Numbered from the stretch's first letter, positions 19,001-36,859 are shown. The stretch is 64,000 bases of DNA from the human T2T-CHM13v2.0 reference genome, Homo sapiens (GCF_009914755.1 NC_060947.1); one strand, 5' to 3'. Made by a program: numbers and translations. Notes: generated by a model not told the origin, from the letters alone.

Positions 19001-21444
19001 ATTATAATATAATATATAAATTATATATATTATATATTATATATAATTCATATATTATATTATATATAATACATGAATTATATATAATATGTATTATATA
19101 TATAATATAATATATATAAATTATATATTATATATATTATATATAAAATATATATAAATGATATGTTATGTATATTATATATAAAATATATATAAATTAT
19201 ATATTATGTATATTATATATAAAATATATAAATTATATATTATGTATATTATATAAAAAATACATATAAATTATACATTATGTATATTATATAGAAAATA
19301 TGTATAAATTATATATTATATATTATATATAATATATATAAATTATATATTATATATTATATATATTATATATAATATATATATGATATATAATATATAT
19401 TATATATAATATATATGATATATAATATATATTATATATAATATATATGATATATAATATATATTATATATCATATATATATTATATATATGATATATAA
19501 TATATATTATATATCATATATATAATATATATAATATATAATATATATAATATATATATTATATGATATATATATAAATTATATATTATATATATTATAT
19601 AATATATATAAATTATATATTATATATATTATATAATATATATAAATTATATGTTATATATATTATATAATATATATAAATTATATGTTATATATATTAT
19701 ATAAGATATATAAATTATATATAATGTATATTATATAATATATATAATTTATATATAATGTATATTATATAATATATATAATTTATATATAATGTATATT
19801 ATATAATATATATAATTTATATATAATGTATATTATATAATATGTATAATTTATATATAATGTATATTATATAATATATATAATTTATATATTATATATA
19901 TTATATAATATATAAATTATATATTATATATATTATATATTATATAAATTATATATTATATATTATATATAAATTATATATGATATATATTATATATAAA
20001 TTATATATTATAGATTATATATAAATTCTATATGATATATATTATATATAAATTATATATTATATATAATATATAAATTATATATAATATATAACTTATA
20101 TATTATATATATAAAATATATATAAATTATATATTATATATAACTTATATATTATATATAACTTATATATTATATATATAATATATAAATTATATATAAT
20201 ATATATAATATAAAATATATAAATTATATATTATATATATAATATATAAATTATATATTATGTATATATTATAATATATATAAATTATATATTATATATA
20301 TAATATATATATTATAATATATATAGAATTGAAAGAGTTGGAGGATAAAAATTTGCAGACCTAAGCAACTTTGGATATAAGTGAATACTATAAGATTAAA
20401 GGTAAAAAGAGCTACACATAAAAATTACATTGTAGTTGACAAAATCTTTTCCCACAGAAGGAATGGGTTAACAATTCTGATACCACTATAGTTTTATATT
20501 GGGATTGAGCAATTTATTAAATGAATGGCAAATGACAAACCCACGTTTCTCACCCTTGGCATAAAAATTATAGATAAACCAAAGAAGGAGGCTAGAATTT
20601 TCTATGTTGTAATGGAATAAATTTTGAGACATCAATATTAACACTTGTTTAGATCAGTTTATTATATGGTTACCGATGGTTACAAATAAAATATTCAAAT
20701 ATTTTTTATATACACAAATTAGTGTGCACAAATCCCTTTCTGTTTTCTGTCAGCTATATGGTTCTAAAAGCAACAACACTCCAGTAGTAATGAGTACACC
20801 AGCACTTAGATCTTGCTTTCTAATACAATTCCCCAATAAAAGGAACCTTAAAAGAAGTGGCTGATTCCATGGACCAGGGCAGGCATTATTCAGGATCAGC
20901 CTGGAGAATCTCATAGTGCCAGAAAGTAAGGAAATGCTCAACAACAACATCAACAAGACTCTCATTGATTGGTTGTATATCGAGGGGACGGAGGAACCAA
21001 CTAAAGGAGCTACCTTTGGCCAAACTCGGGATGATTTATGCAACAAAATAAAGTAGCAATGGCTTGTAACACAAAATATAAAATGAATATCCATGAGTCA
21101 ATACTGATATAAAAAATAAATAAGGGAGAAGAGTCAAATATCCCAAGCAGAAGATTTTCAAATAGTGTACATGGATACTGAGCCCAATTTGGCTGAGTAT
21201 GGAAAAGAGGAGTAAAAAACAGTGATTTTAGAAGAAGCCTGAAAAGCTGCACCTCAGCCAGGTGATCAAGATTGACCTCAACATTCATAAGTCAAGTAGG
21301 TGGTATGCACCCTTGATATAATGTTTGAAAATAGCAGTTTACATGTGTGTTCTTCCTCCTCAAAACTCATTAGCCCAGTATAATCATAAGGAAAACATCG
21401 AGTCTTAATTGAGGGAAATTATAAAATTGTTCCTTAAAACTTTC
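16061..21444 (+). mobile_element. Old L1MC/MD ORF2 3' part and long 3'UTR, interrupted by the AT-rich tract; resumes at 26143
   Basis: Degenerate ORF2 followed by L1MC3/MD-type 3'UTR motifs (gacctaagcaactttgga; gggttaacaattctga; ggaggctagaat). Confidence 0.72.
17757..20325. repeat. ~2.57-kb degenerate (TA)n / AT-rich tandem tract
   Basis: Almost exclusively A/T, built of ATATA/AAATT motifs with local ~32-38 bp higher-order units. Confidence 0.97.
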
Positions 21445-24400
21445 TTTTTAACATTTTTAAATTTTTAATGTTTATGGGTACATAGAAGTTGTACATATTT
21501 ATATGATACCAGAGATATTTTAGTACAGTTGTACAGTAAATAATCACTTTAGGTTAAATGGGGTGTTCATCATCTCAAGCATTCATCATTTCTTTGTGTT
21601 ACAAACATTCCATTTGAACTCAGTTATTCTAAAATGTACAACAAATTACTGCTGACTGTAGTCACCCTGTTGTGCTACCAAATACTATTATATGTTATTA
21701 TATATTATATATTATTATTCAATCTACCTAACTGTATTTTTGTACCCATTAACCATCACCATTTTCTGCCCCTTCCACCACATACACATACTTCCCTTTC
21801 CAGCCTCTTTTAAACATCATTCTACTCTCTGTCTCCATTAGCTCAATTATTTTAATTCTTCCTCCCACAAATGAGTGAGAACTTGCAAAGCTGGTCCTTC
21901 TGTGCATGGCTTGTATCACTTAATACGATATAAAGCACAATTTTAAAAAATTAATTAATTAATAAGTTGGAATTTACTTAAATTAAAAATGTCTGCCCAG
22001 TTTCATCCATGTTATTGCAAATTACAGAATCTCATTCCTTTTTATGGATGAATAGTAGTCCATTGTGTATGTGTACCATGTTTCTTTAATCCATTCCTCT
22101 GTTGATGGATATTTAGGTTGATACAAAATCTCGGATATTGTGAATAGTGGTGCAATACACAAGGTAATGCAGATATCTCTTCAATATACTAATTTACTTT
22201 CTTTGAGTATATACCTAGCAGTGGAATTGCTGCACCATAGGGTAGTTCCATTTTGAGTTTTTAAAGGAATCTCCATAATATTCTCCATAATGGCTGTACT
22301 AATTGACATTCTCACCAACAGTGTACAAGTATTCTCCTTTCTCCACACCATCACCAGCATTCATTATTGCCTGTCTTTAGGAAAAAAGCCATTTTAACTG
22401 GAGTGAGATAGTATCTCATTGTAGTTCTGATTTGCATCTTTCTGATGATCAATCATGTTGAGCACCTTTCCTTATACCTGTTTGCCATTTGCATGTCTTC
22501 TTTTCAGAAATGCCTATTCAGATCTTTTGCTCATTTAGAAATCAGATTATTAGATTTTTTCTATTGAGTTCTAATAGTATTTAATTTATATATAAATCTA
22601 ATTGTATTTTATTTATATATATGAATGCTCCAGCGTTGGGTCCATATACATTTACGATTGTTACATTCTCTTGCTGAATTGATCTCTTTATCATTATATA
22701 GTAACCTTCTTTTGATCATTTTATAGTTTTATCAGGTAAAATTTATTTTGTCTGATATAAGCTTAGGTACTCCTGCTCATTTTTAGTTTCCATTTACATG
22801 GAATGTCATCTTCCATCTCTTTATTTTTAATCTATATGTGTTTTTAAGGTGAAGTGTATTTCCTGTAGGCAACAGATTTTTGAGTCTCATTTTTCTTGTC
22901 CATTCAGCCACTCAACATGCTTTGCTTGGTGAATTTATTCCATTTACAATCAATGTAATTATTGATGAGTAACAACTTACTCCTGCCATTTTGTTATTTG
23001 TTTTCTTATTGTTTTGTAGTCTTCTCTTCCTTCTTTCTTTCCTGTCTTCCTATTTGTGAAGTTGCTTTTCTCTGGTGGTATATTTAATTTCTTGCTTTAT
23101 ATATTTTTTGTATCTGTTGTAGGTTTTTTGATTTGAGGTTACCTAAGGCTTCGAAATAACATCTTGTAACTCATTATTTTACACTGATGACAACTTATCT
23201 CTGATCGCAATAAGAAACAAAAAATTAACAAACCAGCAAAGAGAAAACTGATAAAAACTCTGCACTTTAACTTCATCCCTCCATTTTTAATTTTTTTGTT
23301 TCTCTATATATCTTTTATTATGCTATATCTTAAAATGTTGTAGTTATTCTGTTTGATAGGTTTGTCTTTGTCTTCCTACTCAAGATACTAGTAGTTTTCA
23401 CACCAAAATTAAAGTGTGATAATAGTCTGTATTTGTGTACTTACTCTTACCAGTGACTTTTATACTTTCAGACAATTTATTATTGCTTATTAACATTGTT
23501 TTATTTCAGCTTGAAAAACCCCCTTTAGCATTTCTTGTAGGTCTGGTATTGATGAAATTTCTCAGCTTTTGTTTGTCTGGGGAAGTCTTTATTTTTTTTT
23601 TCATGTTTGAAGGATATTTTCTCTGGATATACTAATCTATGATAAGTTTTTTTTTTTTTTTTTCTTCAGCACTTTCAAAATGTCATGTCACTCCCTTCTG
23701 GACTATAAGGTTTCAACTGAGATGTCTGCTGCCAGATGTGTTGGAACTCCTTTATATGTTATTTCCATTTTCTTGCTGCTTTTAGGTTCCTTTTTTATTC
23801 TTGATCTTTGGGAGTTTGATTAATAAAGGCCTAGAGTAATCTTATTTTGTTTAAATTTGCTCGGTGTTCTATAATCTTCTTGTACTTTAACGTTGATACA
23901 TTCTTCTAAATTTGAAAAGTTCTGTGTTATGTGTTCGAATAAACTTTCTATCCAGATCTCTCTCTACCTTCTTTTTAAGGCCAATAACTCTTAGATTTGC
24001 ACGTTTGAGGCTATTTTGCAGACCCTATAGGTATGCTTCATTATTTTTTATTCTTATTTCTTTTGACTACTCTGACCATGTATGTTTAAATACCCTGTCT
24101 TCAACATCATTATTTCTTTCTTCTGCTTGATCAATTCTGCTATTAAGAGACTCTGATGCATTTATCTGTTTGTTAGTTGAATTTTTCAGCTATAGAATTT
24201 TTTTCCTTGCTTATTTTTTATAATTTCTAGCTCTTTGTTTAATTTACCTGATAATATTCTGAATTATTTCTCCATTATCTTGAATTTCATTGAGCTTTCT
24301 CAAAACATCCATCTTTAATTCTCTTTCTTCAATATCACATATCTCTGTCATTCCAAATCTGGTCATTGGTGCCTTATTTAGTTTGTTTCATGAGATCATG

Positions 24401-26130
24401 TTTTCTTTGTTGGTCTTCATGTTAGTGGACGTATGTCAATGCCTGGGCATTGAAGAGTTAGGAATTTATTCTAATACTTGTCATCTGGGCTTGTTTTTTC
24501 CTGTCCTTCTTGAGAAGGCTTTCCAAGTATTTAATAAAAGTTGAGTGTTATGATGTAAGCCTTTAGTCACTGTAGCCATATGTGCATTAGGGGCACTCCA
24601 AACCCAGTAATGCTGTGTTTCCTCTAGACTTGCAGAGATACTACCTCAGTGGTCTTGGGTAAGATCCAGGAAAACTCGTTGGATTATCAGGCAGATTTTC
24701 TTGTTTTCTTCCCCTAACATTCCCTCAAGCAAATGGAGTCTCTCTCTCCAAGCTGAGTTGCCCGGAGATGGGGGAGGGTGACACATTTCCGTGCATACCA
24801 CTGCTAAGACTGTGCTGGGTCCCACCTGAAAATAGCACAGTACTATGTCTCACTTAAGACCTGTGGTGACTATCTCTTGGCTACTACTGATGCTTATTCA
24901 AGGCCCAATGGCTCTTTAGTCAGCAAGTGACAAATCCTGCTAGGATTGATTCTCTCCTTTCAGGGTAGTGGGTTCCCTTCTGAACCAGAATGGGCTAGGG
25001 GGTAAAGCCTGGAAATGGGGACTTTAGGAGTCTGCTTGGTGCTTTGTTTTACTGTGGCTAAGCTGGTACCCAAGTTGCAAGACAAATTTCTTTTTACTCT
25101 TCCCTTTTGTTTTCTCAAGCAGAAGAAGTCTCTCCCTATGGCTACAAAGCTGGGACTGTGCTGGTTCCCAGCTGAAGCCAGCACAATACTGGGTCTAGCT
25201 CAAGGCCCATGGTAACTGCTTCTTGGCTACTGCTGATATTTATTCAAAGCCCAAGGGCTCTTCAGTCACCAGGAGTTGAATTTTACCAGGACTGAATCTT
25301 TCCCTTCAGGGCAATGGGTTCTCTTCTTGCCCAAGGTCGATCTAGAAATGTCATCTGGAAGCTATGGCCTGGAATGGGCACTTTAGGACTCTGCTTTGTG
25401 CTATATTCTACTGTGGCTTAGCTGACATCCAAGTTGCAAGATAAAATTCTCTTTATTATTTCCTCTCCTCCCAGATCTGTGAGCTACTCCTCCTGGAGTT
25501 TTGGAAGGGGTGGTGCAAGCACTCCCTTGGCTTCCCGAGCTGGTGGCTCCCTGGACCATATGCACCTAGGTCCACTGGCTCTGAGCCCAGCACAGCAATA
25601 ATATTTGCCCAGAAATGGCAGTTTTTGTGGCCTAGACTGCCTTTTTTAGGCAGTCTATGTTTAGATAGGACCCCAGAGTGCTTTAGGCCATGTTGGAGGA
25701 GCTAGCTGGAATTTTGGTTCCGAATGCTAGGAGGGACAATTCACTTCCGGTTAGGGCTGATTTAAATGCTCCATCCCTTGGTGCCAGCTTAATTCTGCCC
25801 TGTTTTGCTTTTCACTATGACAGGGCAGCACTAAGTTCCAATGTTAAGTCCCACAGTAGCCTTACTCTCCCTCCTACAAACATATTCCTTCTCTGTGCCA
25901 CACTGTATTGCTGGAAGATGGGGGAGGAGTGGTATTACCAATTCAAGACTGTCTTTTCTACGCTATTCAGTGCCTCTTTCCTTGATAGAATGCTAAAACC
26001 ATTACTGTGACCAATCACCTGATTTTTAGGTCTTATGAAGCTGCTTTCTTGAGTGAATATTCAATTTTGTGTTCCTGTCAGGGGAATAATAACTGGAGTG
26101 TTCTATTTGGCCATCTTGCTCTGCCTCCTC
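21445..26130 (-). mobile_element. L1MA2-like element with both termini but a large ORF2 internal deletion near 22600
   Basis: 3'UTR at left, 5' terminus gccatcttgctctgcctc at right; TSD aaaactttc at 21436-21444 and 26134-26142; ORF2 C-terminal region joins EN sequence. Confidence 0.78.
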
Positions 26131-26142
26131 CACAAAACTTTC

Positions 26143-26485
26143 AAGGTCATCATAAACAAGGAAACTCTGGAAAAGTGTCACAGCCAACAACAGCCTAAGG
26201 AAATGTGACTTCTAAATGCAATGTGGTATCTAAGATGTGTTCCTGAAGCTAAGGAACATTTGGTCAAAAACTGAGGAAATGTGAATAAACTATACACTTA
26301 ATTAGAACAAGAAATTAACATCAGTTCACTAATTGTAACAAATACACCATACTTATGTAGGAAGCTAAAAATAAGGGAAAATAGAAAAATCGGTGTGAAA
26401 TATTTGGGAAATCTTTATTATCTACTCAGCTTCTCTGTAAATGTAAAACTGCTCAAGGAAATAATGTTTATTTAAAAAAATAAAA
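26143..26485 (+). mobile_element. 3' terminus of the L1MC/MD host element
   Basis: aaggtcatcataaacaaggaaa...tctctgtaaatgtaaaactgctc...tttatttaaaaaaa. Confidence 0.7.
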
Positions 26486-26540
26486 CATCTTGGTTCATTT
26501 CATGCTCTTGAACTCAAGCAGTAGCCGGATTTTTCTAAGC

Positions 26541-26717
26541 CAATGTTTCCTAAACTTTGCAGATTACCTAGCTCACCCAGCGGCACTTAATAAAGATAGT
26601 TATGCCAAGGTCTCACCTGTGGAGTTTCTGATTCTTGAGGTTTAGGATGGAGTGTGATAATCTGTTTTCAACTAGCACACCTAGTGATTCTCATTAGCCC
26701 CATTTTGAGAAACACTG
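26541..26717. mobile_element. MER5-type hAT-Charlie non-autonomous DNA transposon
   Basis: Terminal inverted repeats caatgtttcctaaa / tttgagaaacactg, ~180 bp. Confidence 0.65.
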
Positions 26718-27034
26718 CTTCAGAAGGTATTTACGCTGAGGGTGAGAAATGCTAATAAATAGGCCCAGCCTCAGACAGTTTGGAGACTGGGTGTTTCTCC
26801 AAGTTGGCTCTCAATTTCTGTTATAGTCTTTTATAGTTTTTTAATTACATGTTTGAAAAGATGTCCCAGGCTTATCTTATATGTTACATACACCATCATG
26901 AATTTAGTTATTTATTCAAAAATACCTTGTTCTTTATGGTAAGAATTGGTATTTAAGATCACAACCTGGTCTACTATTGGTTTAGTCATTATTTTTAGGC
27001 TTCTACAGAGGGCATAGTTAGAAAAACTCAGAGC

Positions 27035-28959
27035 GAAGATGGCCAAATAGGAACAGCTCTAGTCTGCAGCTCCTAGTCAGACCAATGCAGAAGGCAGGTG
27101 ATTTCTGCATTTCCAACTGAGGTACCTGATTCATCTCATTGGGACTGGTGAGACAGTGGGTGCAGCCCACGGTGGGCAAGCAGAAGCAGGGTGGGGCATT
27201 GACTCACCCAGGAAGTGCAAGGGGCCAAGGACCTCCCTCCCCTAGCTAAGGGAAGCCATGAGGGACCATGCTATCAGGCCCAGATACTATGTTTCTCCCA
27301 TGATTTTTGCAACTCGCAGACCAGGAGATTCCCTTGTGTGCCTAAATGACCAGGGCCCTGGGTTTCAAGCACAAAACTTGGCGGCTGTTTGGGCAGACAC
27401 TGAGCTAGCTGCAGGAGTTTCCCCCCTCCCCCTTCCTCAATGGCCCCTGGAACCCCAGTGAGACAGAACTGTTCAGTCCCCTGGAAAGGGGCTGAAGCCA
27501 GGGAGCCAAGTGGTCTCACTCAGAGGGTCCCACTCCCATGGAACCCAGCAAGCTAAGAACAACTGGCTTAAAATTCTCACTGCAAGCCACAGCAGTCTGA
27601 AGTTGAACTGGGATGATCGAGCTTGGTGTGGGGAGGGACATCCACCATAACTGAGGCTTCAGTATGTGGTTTTCCCCGCTCAGTGTTAAGGAAGCTGCTG
27701 GGAAGTTCAGGCTAGGCAGAACTCACCACAATGTGGCAAATGATTCCCTATTTAATAAATGATGATGGGAAAACTGGCTAGCCATATGCAGAAAACTAAA
27801 ACTGGACCCCTTCCTTGCACGTTATACAAAAATTAACTCAAGATGGATTAAAGACTTAAGCATAAAACCTGAAACCATAAAAACCCTAGAAGAAAACCTA
27901 GGCAGTACCATTCAGGACATAAGCATGAGCAAAGACTTCATGATTAAAACACCAAAAGCAATTGCAACGAAAGCCAAAATTGGCAAATGGGATCTAATTC
28001 AACTAAAGAGCTTCTGCACAGAAAATGAACAATCATCAGAGTGAACAGACAACCTATACAATGGGAGGAAATTTTTGCAATCTATCCATCTGACAAAGGG
28101 CCAGAATCTACAAGGAACTTAAACAAATTTACAAGAAAAAAAACCAAACAACCCCATCAAAAAAATGGGAGAAGGATAGGAACAGACACTTCTCAAAAGA
28201 AGATATTTATGAGGCCAACAAATTCATGAAAAAAAAAATCATCACTGGTTACTAGAGAAATGCAAATCAAAACCACAATGAGATACCATCTCACATCAGT
28301 TAGAATGGCGATCATTAAAAAGTCAGGAAACAACAAATTCTGGAGAGGATGTGGAGAAATAGGAACACTTTTACACAGTTGGTGGGAGTTTAAATTAGTT
28401 TACCCATTGTGGAAGACAGTGGGGTGATTCCTCAAGGATATAGAACAAGAAATACCATTTGACCCAGCAATCCCATTACTGCATATGTACCCAAAAGATT
28501 ATAAATCAATCTACTATAAATACATATACACATGAATGTTTATTGCAGTACTATTTACAATAACAAAGACTTGGAACCAAACCAAATGTCCATCAGTGAT
28601 AGACTGGATAAAGAAAATGTGGCACATGTACACCATGGAATACTATGCAGTCATAAAAAAGAATCAGTTCATGTCCTTTGCAGGGACATAGGTGAAGCTG
28701 GAAACCATCATCATTAGCAAACTAACACAGGAACAGAAAACCAAACACCACATGTTCTCATTCATAAGTGGGAGCTGAACAATGAGAACACATGGACACA
28801 GGGAGGAAATAATCACACACCGGGGCCTGTCAAGGGGTGGGGGGTAAGCATTAGGAGAAATACCTAATGTATGTGGGGCTTAAAACCTAGATGATGGGTT
28901 GATACCTGCAGAAAAATAAATAATAAAAAATAATAAAATAAATTAAACTAGAAAAAAAG
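27035..28959 (+). mobile_element. L1PA7/8-like element, 5'UTR fused directly to the ORF2 3' region
   Basis: Starts aagatggccaaataggaacagct; junction atgtggcaaa|tgattccctatttaataaa at ~27740; TSD aaaactcagagc at 27023-27034 and 28960-28971. Confidence 0.85.
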
Positions 28960-29279
28960 AAAACTCAGAGCATCTTTATATAAAATCAAGATATTGATTA
29001 TGAATATTTTATATTAAAATTCAGTACTATGCACAGTAATTATAAAGACAGTCAGCATAATATAGTAAGTAAGTAGACAGTTATAATAGAAGATGTTAAC
29101 ACTCTTCTCTTAATCCAAAGCTAAAATTACTATTCTGAAAAGTTTTCCTGTAAAAAAAGCAAATTTTATGATATATACTATATAGGAATACCATGTACTT
29201 GGGAGATTGAATCAGAAGGGCTAATATTGAGATATATTTTAGTAAAAATTATTTATTTTTTCAAAATAAGAAAAAAGAG

Positions 29280-30148
29280 GGGAGGTCTGGGCTGTGTGCA
29301 GCAAAGCAGCTGTGGCCAGACTGCTTCTCTAGATTCTTCCTCACTGGGCAGCACATCTCCAAAGGAAAGGTAACAGCCCCAGTCTGGGGCTTACAGACAA
29401 ACCTCCCTTCTTCCTAGGACAGAACACCTGGGGGAAGGGGCAGCTGTGGGCACCAATTCAGCAGATTTAATCATTCCTGCCTGCTCTGAAGAGAGCAGCT
29501 GATCCTGACAAGCAGGATTTTCCCAGCACAGCAAGCTAGCTCTGTTACAGGACTGACTGCCTCCTCAAGTGGGTCCCTGGCCTGTGAGCCTCCTGACTGG
29601 GAAAACTTCCCAACAGGTGTCAAAATAAACTATATAGGAGAGCTCTGGCTGGCATCAGGCCACTGCCCCTCTAGGATGAAGCTTCCAGAGGAATGAGCAG
29701 GCAGAAATCTTTGCTGTTCTTCAGCCTCCACAGGTGATAGTCAGGGGAACAGGGTCTGGAGTGCACCCCAAGCAAACTGCAGCAGACTGGCAGAAGAGGA
29801 GCCTGACCGGTAGAAGGAAAACTAACAAACAAAAACCAATAACATCAACATCAACAAAAAGGATGCCCACACAATAACCCCATTCAGAGGTCATTGGCAT
29901 CAAAGATCAAAGGTAGATAAATCCATGAAGATGAGGGAAAACCAGCACAAAAGTGCTGAAAATTCCAAAAACCAGAATGCTCTTTTCCTCCAAATTATCT
30001 CAACTACTCTCCAGCAAGGGAACAAAACTGGATGGAGAATGAGTTGGATGAATTGACAGAAGTAGGCTTCAGCAAGTGGGTAATCATAAACTCCTCTGAG
30101 CTAAAGGAACATGTTCTAACCCAATGCAAGGAAGATAAGAAACTTGAT
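29280..30148 (+). mobile_element. L1PA8-like 5'UTR 3' half and ORF1 start; host of element B
   Basis: gcaaagcagctgtggccagactg...; ORF1-like MENELDELTEVGF. Confidence 0.82.
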
Positions 30149-30365
30149 AAAAGGTTGGTATATAGGGTGGCTGGCAGCCAAGGTGGCCGAATACGAACAG
30201 CTCTGGTCTACAGCTCACAGTGTGAGCGACGCAGAAGACAGGTGATTTCTGCATTTCCATCCGAGGTACCGGGTTCACCTCACTAGGGAGTGCCAGACAG
30301 TGGGCACAGGACAGTGGGTGCAGTGCACCATGTGTGAGCCGAAGCAGGGTGAGGCATTGCCTCAC

Positions 30366-30620
30366 TCAGGAATTGCAAGGGGTCAGGGAGTTCCATTTCC
30401 TAGTCAAAGAAAGGGGTGACAGACGGCACCTGGAAAATCGGGTCACTCCTGCCCCAATACTGTGCTTTTCCGATGGGCTTAAAAAACAGCGCACCAGGAG
30501 ATTATATCCCGCATCTGGCTTGGAGGGTCCTACGCCCACGGAGTCTCGCTGATTGCTAGCACAGCAGTCTGAGATCAAACTGCAAGGCGGCAGAGAGGCT
30601 GGGGAAGGGGTGCCAGCCAT
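30366..30620 (-). CDS. L1 antisense ORF0 of element B (84 aa, MAGTPSPASLPPCSLISDCC...)
   Basis: ATG at 30620 within ORF 30366..30695; first donor mutated (CAG|AT), second (CAG|GTGCCG) retained. Expression unknown. Confidence 0.5.
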   Translation of the reverse strand: MAGTPSPASLPPCSLISDCCASNQRDSVGVGPSKPDAGYNLLVRCFLSPSEKHSIGAGVTRFSRCRLSPLSLTRKWNSLTPCNS

Positions 30621-31205
30621 TGCCGAGTTAGTTGTTTGATTAGGCAAACAAAGCTGCCTGGAAGCTCGAACTGGGTGGAGCCCAACACAGCTCAAGGAGG
30701 CCTGCCCGCCTCTGTAGGCTCCACCTCTGGGGGCAGGGCACAGACAAACAAAAAGACAGCAGTAACCTCTGCAGACTTAAATGTCCCTGACAGCTTTGAA
30801 GGGAGCAGTGGTTCTCCCAGCATGCAGCTGGAGATCTGAGAACGGGCAGACTGCCTTCTCAAGTGGGCCTCTGACCCCTGACAACCAAGCAGCCTAACTG
30901 GGAGACACCCACCAGTAGGGGCAGACTGACACCTCACACGGCCAGGTACTCCTCTGAGACAAAAGTTCCAGATGAACGATCAGACAGCAGCATTCGCAGT
31001 TCACGAAAATCAGCTGTTCTGCAGCCACTGCTGCTGATACCCAGGCAAACAGGGTCTGGAGTGGACCTCTAGCAAACTCCAACAGACCTGCAGCTGAGGG
31101 TCCTGTCTGTTAGAAGGAAAACTAACAAACAGAAAGGACATCCACACCAAAATCCCATCTGTACATCACCATCATCAAAGACCAAAAGTAGATAAAAACA
31201 CAAAG

Positions 31206-32219
31206 ATGGGGAAAAAACAGAACAGAAAAACGGGAAACTCTAAAAATCAGAGCACCTCTCCTCCTCCAAAGGAATGCAGCTCCTCACCAGCAATGGAACA
31301 AGGCTAGACGGAGAATGCCTGACGAGTTGAGAGAAGAAGGCTTCACACAATCAAACTACTCTGAGCTACAGGAGGAAATTCAAAGCAAAGGCAAAGAAGT
31401 TAAAAATTTGAAAAAAATTTAGACGAATGTATAACTGGAATAACCAGAACAGAGAAGTGCTTAAAGGAGCTGATGGAGCTGAAAGCCAAGGCTCAAGAAC
31501 TACGTGAAGAATGCCGAATCCTCAGGAGCCGATGCAATCAACTGGAAGAAAGGGTATCAGTGATGCAAGACGAAATGAATGAAATGAAGCGAGAAGGGAA
31601 GTTTAGAGAAAAAAGAATAAAAAGAAATGAACAAAGCCTCCAAGAAATATGGAACTATGTGAAAAGACCAAATCTACATCTGATTGGTGTACCTGAAAGT
31701 GACGGGGAGAATGGAACCAAGTTGGAAAACACTCTGCAGGATATTATCCAGGAGAACTTCCCCAATCTAGCAACGCAAGCCAACATTCACATTCAGGAAA
31801 TACAGAGAACGCCACAAGGATGCTCCTCGAGAAGAGCAACTCCAAGACACATAATTGTCAGATTCACCAAAGTTGAAATGAAGGAAAAAATGTTAAGGGC
31901 AGTCAGAGAGAAAGGTCGGGTTACACACAAAGGGAAGCCCATCAGACTAACAGTGGATCTCATGGCAGAAACTCTACAAGCCAGAAGAGAGTGGGGACCA
32001 ATATTTAACACGCTTAAAGAAAAGAATTTTCAACCCAGAATTTCATATCTAGCCAAACTGAGCTTCATAAGTGAAGGAGAAATAAAATACTTTACAGAGA
32101 AGCAAATGCTGAGAGATTTTGTCACCACCAGGCCTGCCCTACAAGAGCTCCTGAAGGAAACACTAAACATGGAAAGGAACAACTGGTACCAGCCACTGCA
32201 AAATCATACCAAATTGTGA
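31206..32219 (+). pseudogene. L1 ORF1 remnant; 5' part disrupted, 248 codons open from 31473
   Basis: TAG at ~31305 and small deletions; RRM/CTD motifs (REKG, ARR, YLAKLS) in ORF 31473..32219. Confidence 0.9.
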
Positions 32220-32282
32220 AGACCATCGAGGCTAGGAAGAAACTGCATCAACTAACGAGCAAAATAACCAGCTAAAATCATA

Positions 32283-36084
<3,802 letters not shown>

Positions 36085-36319
36085 ACAATGAGATCACATG
36101 GACACAGGAAGGGGAACATCACACTCTGGGGACTGTTGTGGGGTCGGGGGAGTGGGGAGGCATAGCATTAGGAGATATACCTAATGCTAAATGACGAGTT
36201 ATTTGGTGCAGCACACCAGCCTGGCCCATGTATACATATGTAACTAATCTGCACATTGTGCACATGTACCCTAAAACTTAATGTATAATAATAATAAAAT
36301 AAAAAAAGATTGGTATATA

Positions 36320-36845
36320 TGCAAAGGATTATAAATCATTATACTATAAAGACACGTACACACAGATGTTTTATTTGCAGCACTGTCTACAATAGCAAAG
36401 ACTTGGAACCAACCCAAATGCCCGTCAATGAACACTGGATAAAGAAAATGTGGCACATACACACCATGGAATACTATATGCATCCATAAAAAAAGCATGC
36501 GTTCATGTTCTTTGCAGGGACATGGATGAAGCTGGAAGCTATCATTCTCAGCAAACTAACACAGGAACAGAAAATCAAACACTGCATGTTCTCACTCATA
36601 AGTGGGAGTTGAACAAAGAGAACACATGGACACAGGTAGGGGAACATCACACACTGGGGCCTGTTGGGGATGTGGGGCTACGGGAGGGAGAGCATTAGGA
36701 CAAATACCTAATTCGAGTGGTGCTTAAAACCTAGATGATGGGTTGATAGGTGCAGTAATTCACCATGGCACATGTATGTCTATGTAAAAAACCTGCACAT
36801 TTTGCACATGTATCCCAGAACTTAAAGTAAAATAAAAAATAATTG
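36320..36845 (+). mobile_element. 3' end of the L1PA8-like host element
   Basis: ORF2 C-terminus and 3'UTR cttaaaacctagatgatgggttgataggtgcag...cccagaacttaaagtaaaat. Confidence 0.85.
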
Positions 36846-36859
36846 TGAAAAAAGAAGTA

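Noticed and set aside
17757-20325. CRISPR-like array or centromeric satellite
   Set aside because: No conserved repeat with unique spacers and no 171-bp alpha-satellite periodicity; it is a simple AT-rich repeat in primate DNA.
27730-27750. Spliced integrated L1 (SpIRE) as the origin of the mini-L1
   Set aside because: No GT donor at the 5' breakpoint in the recalled consensus and no pyrimidine tract at the 3' side; microhomology explains the junction better.
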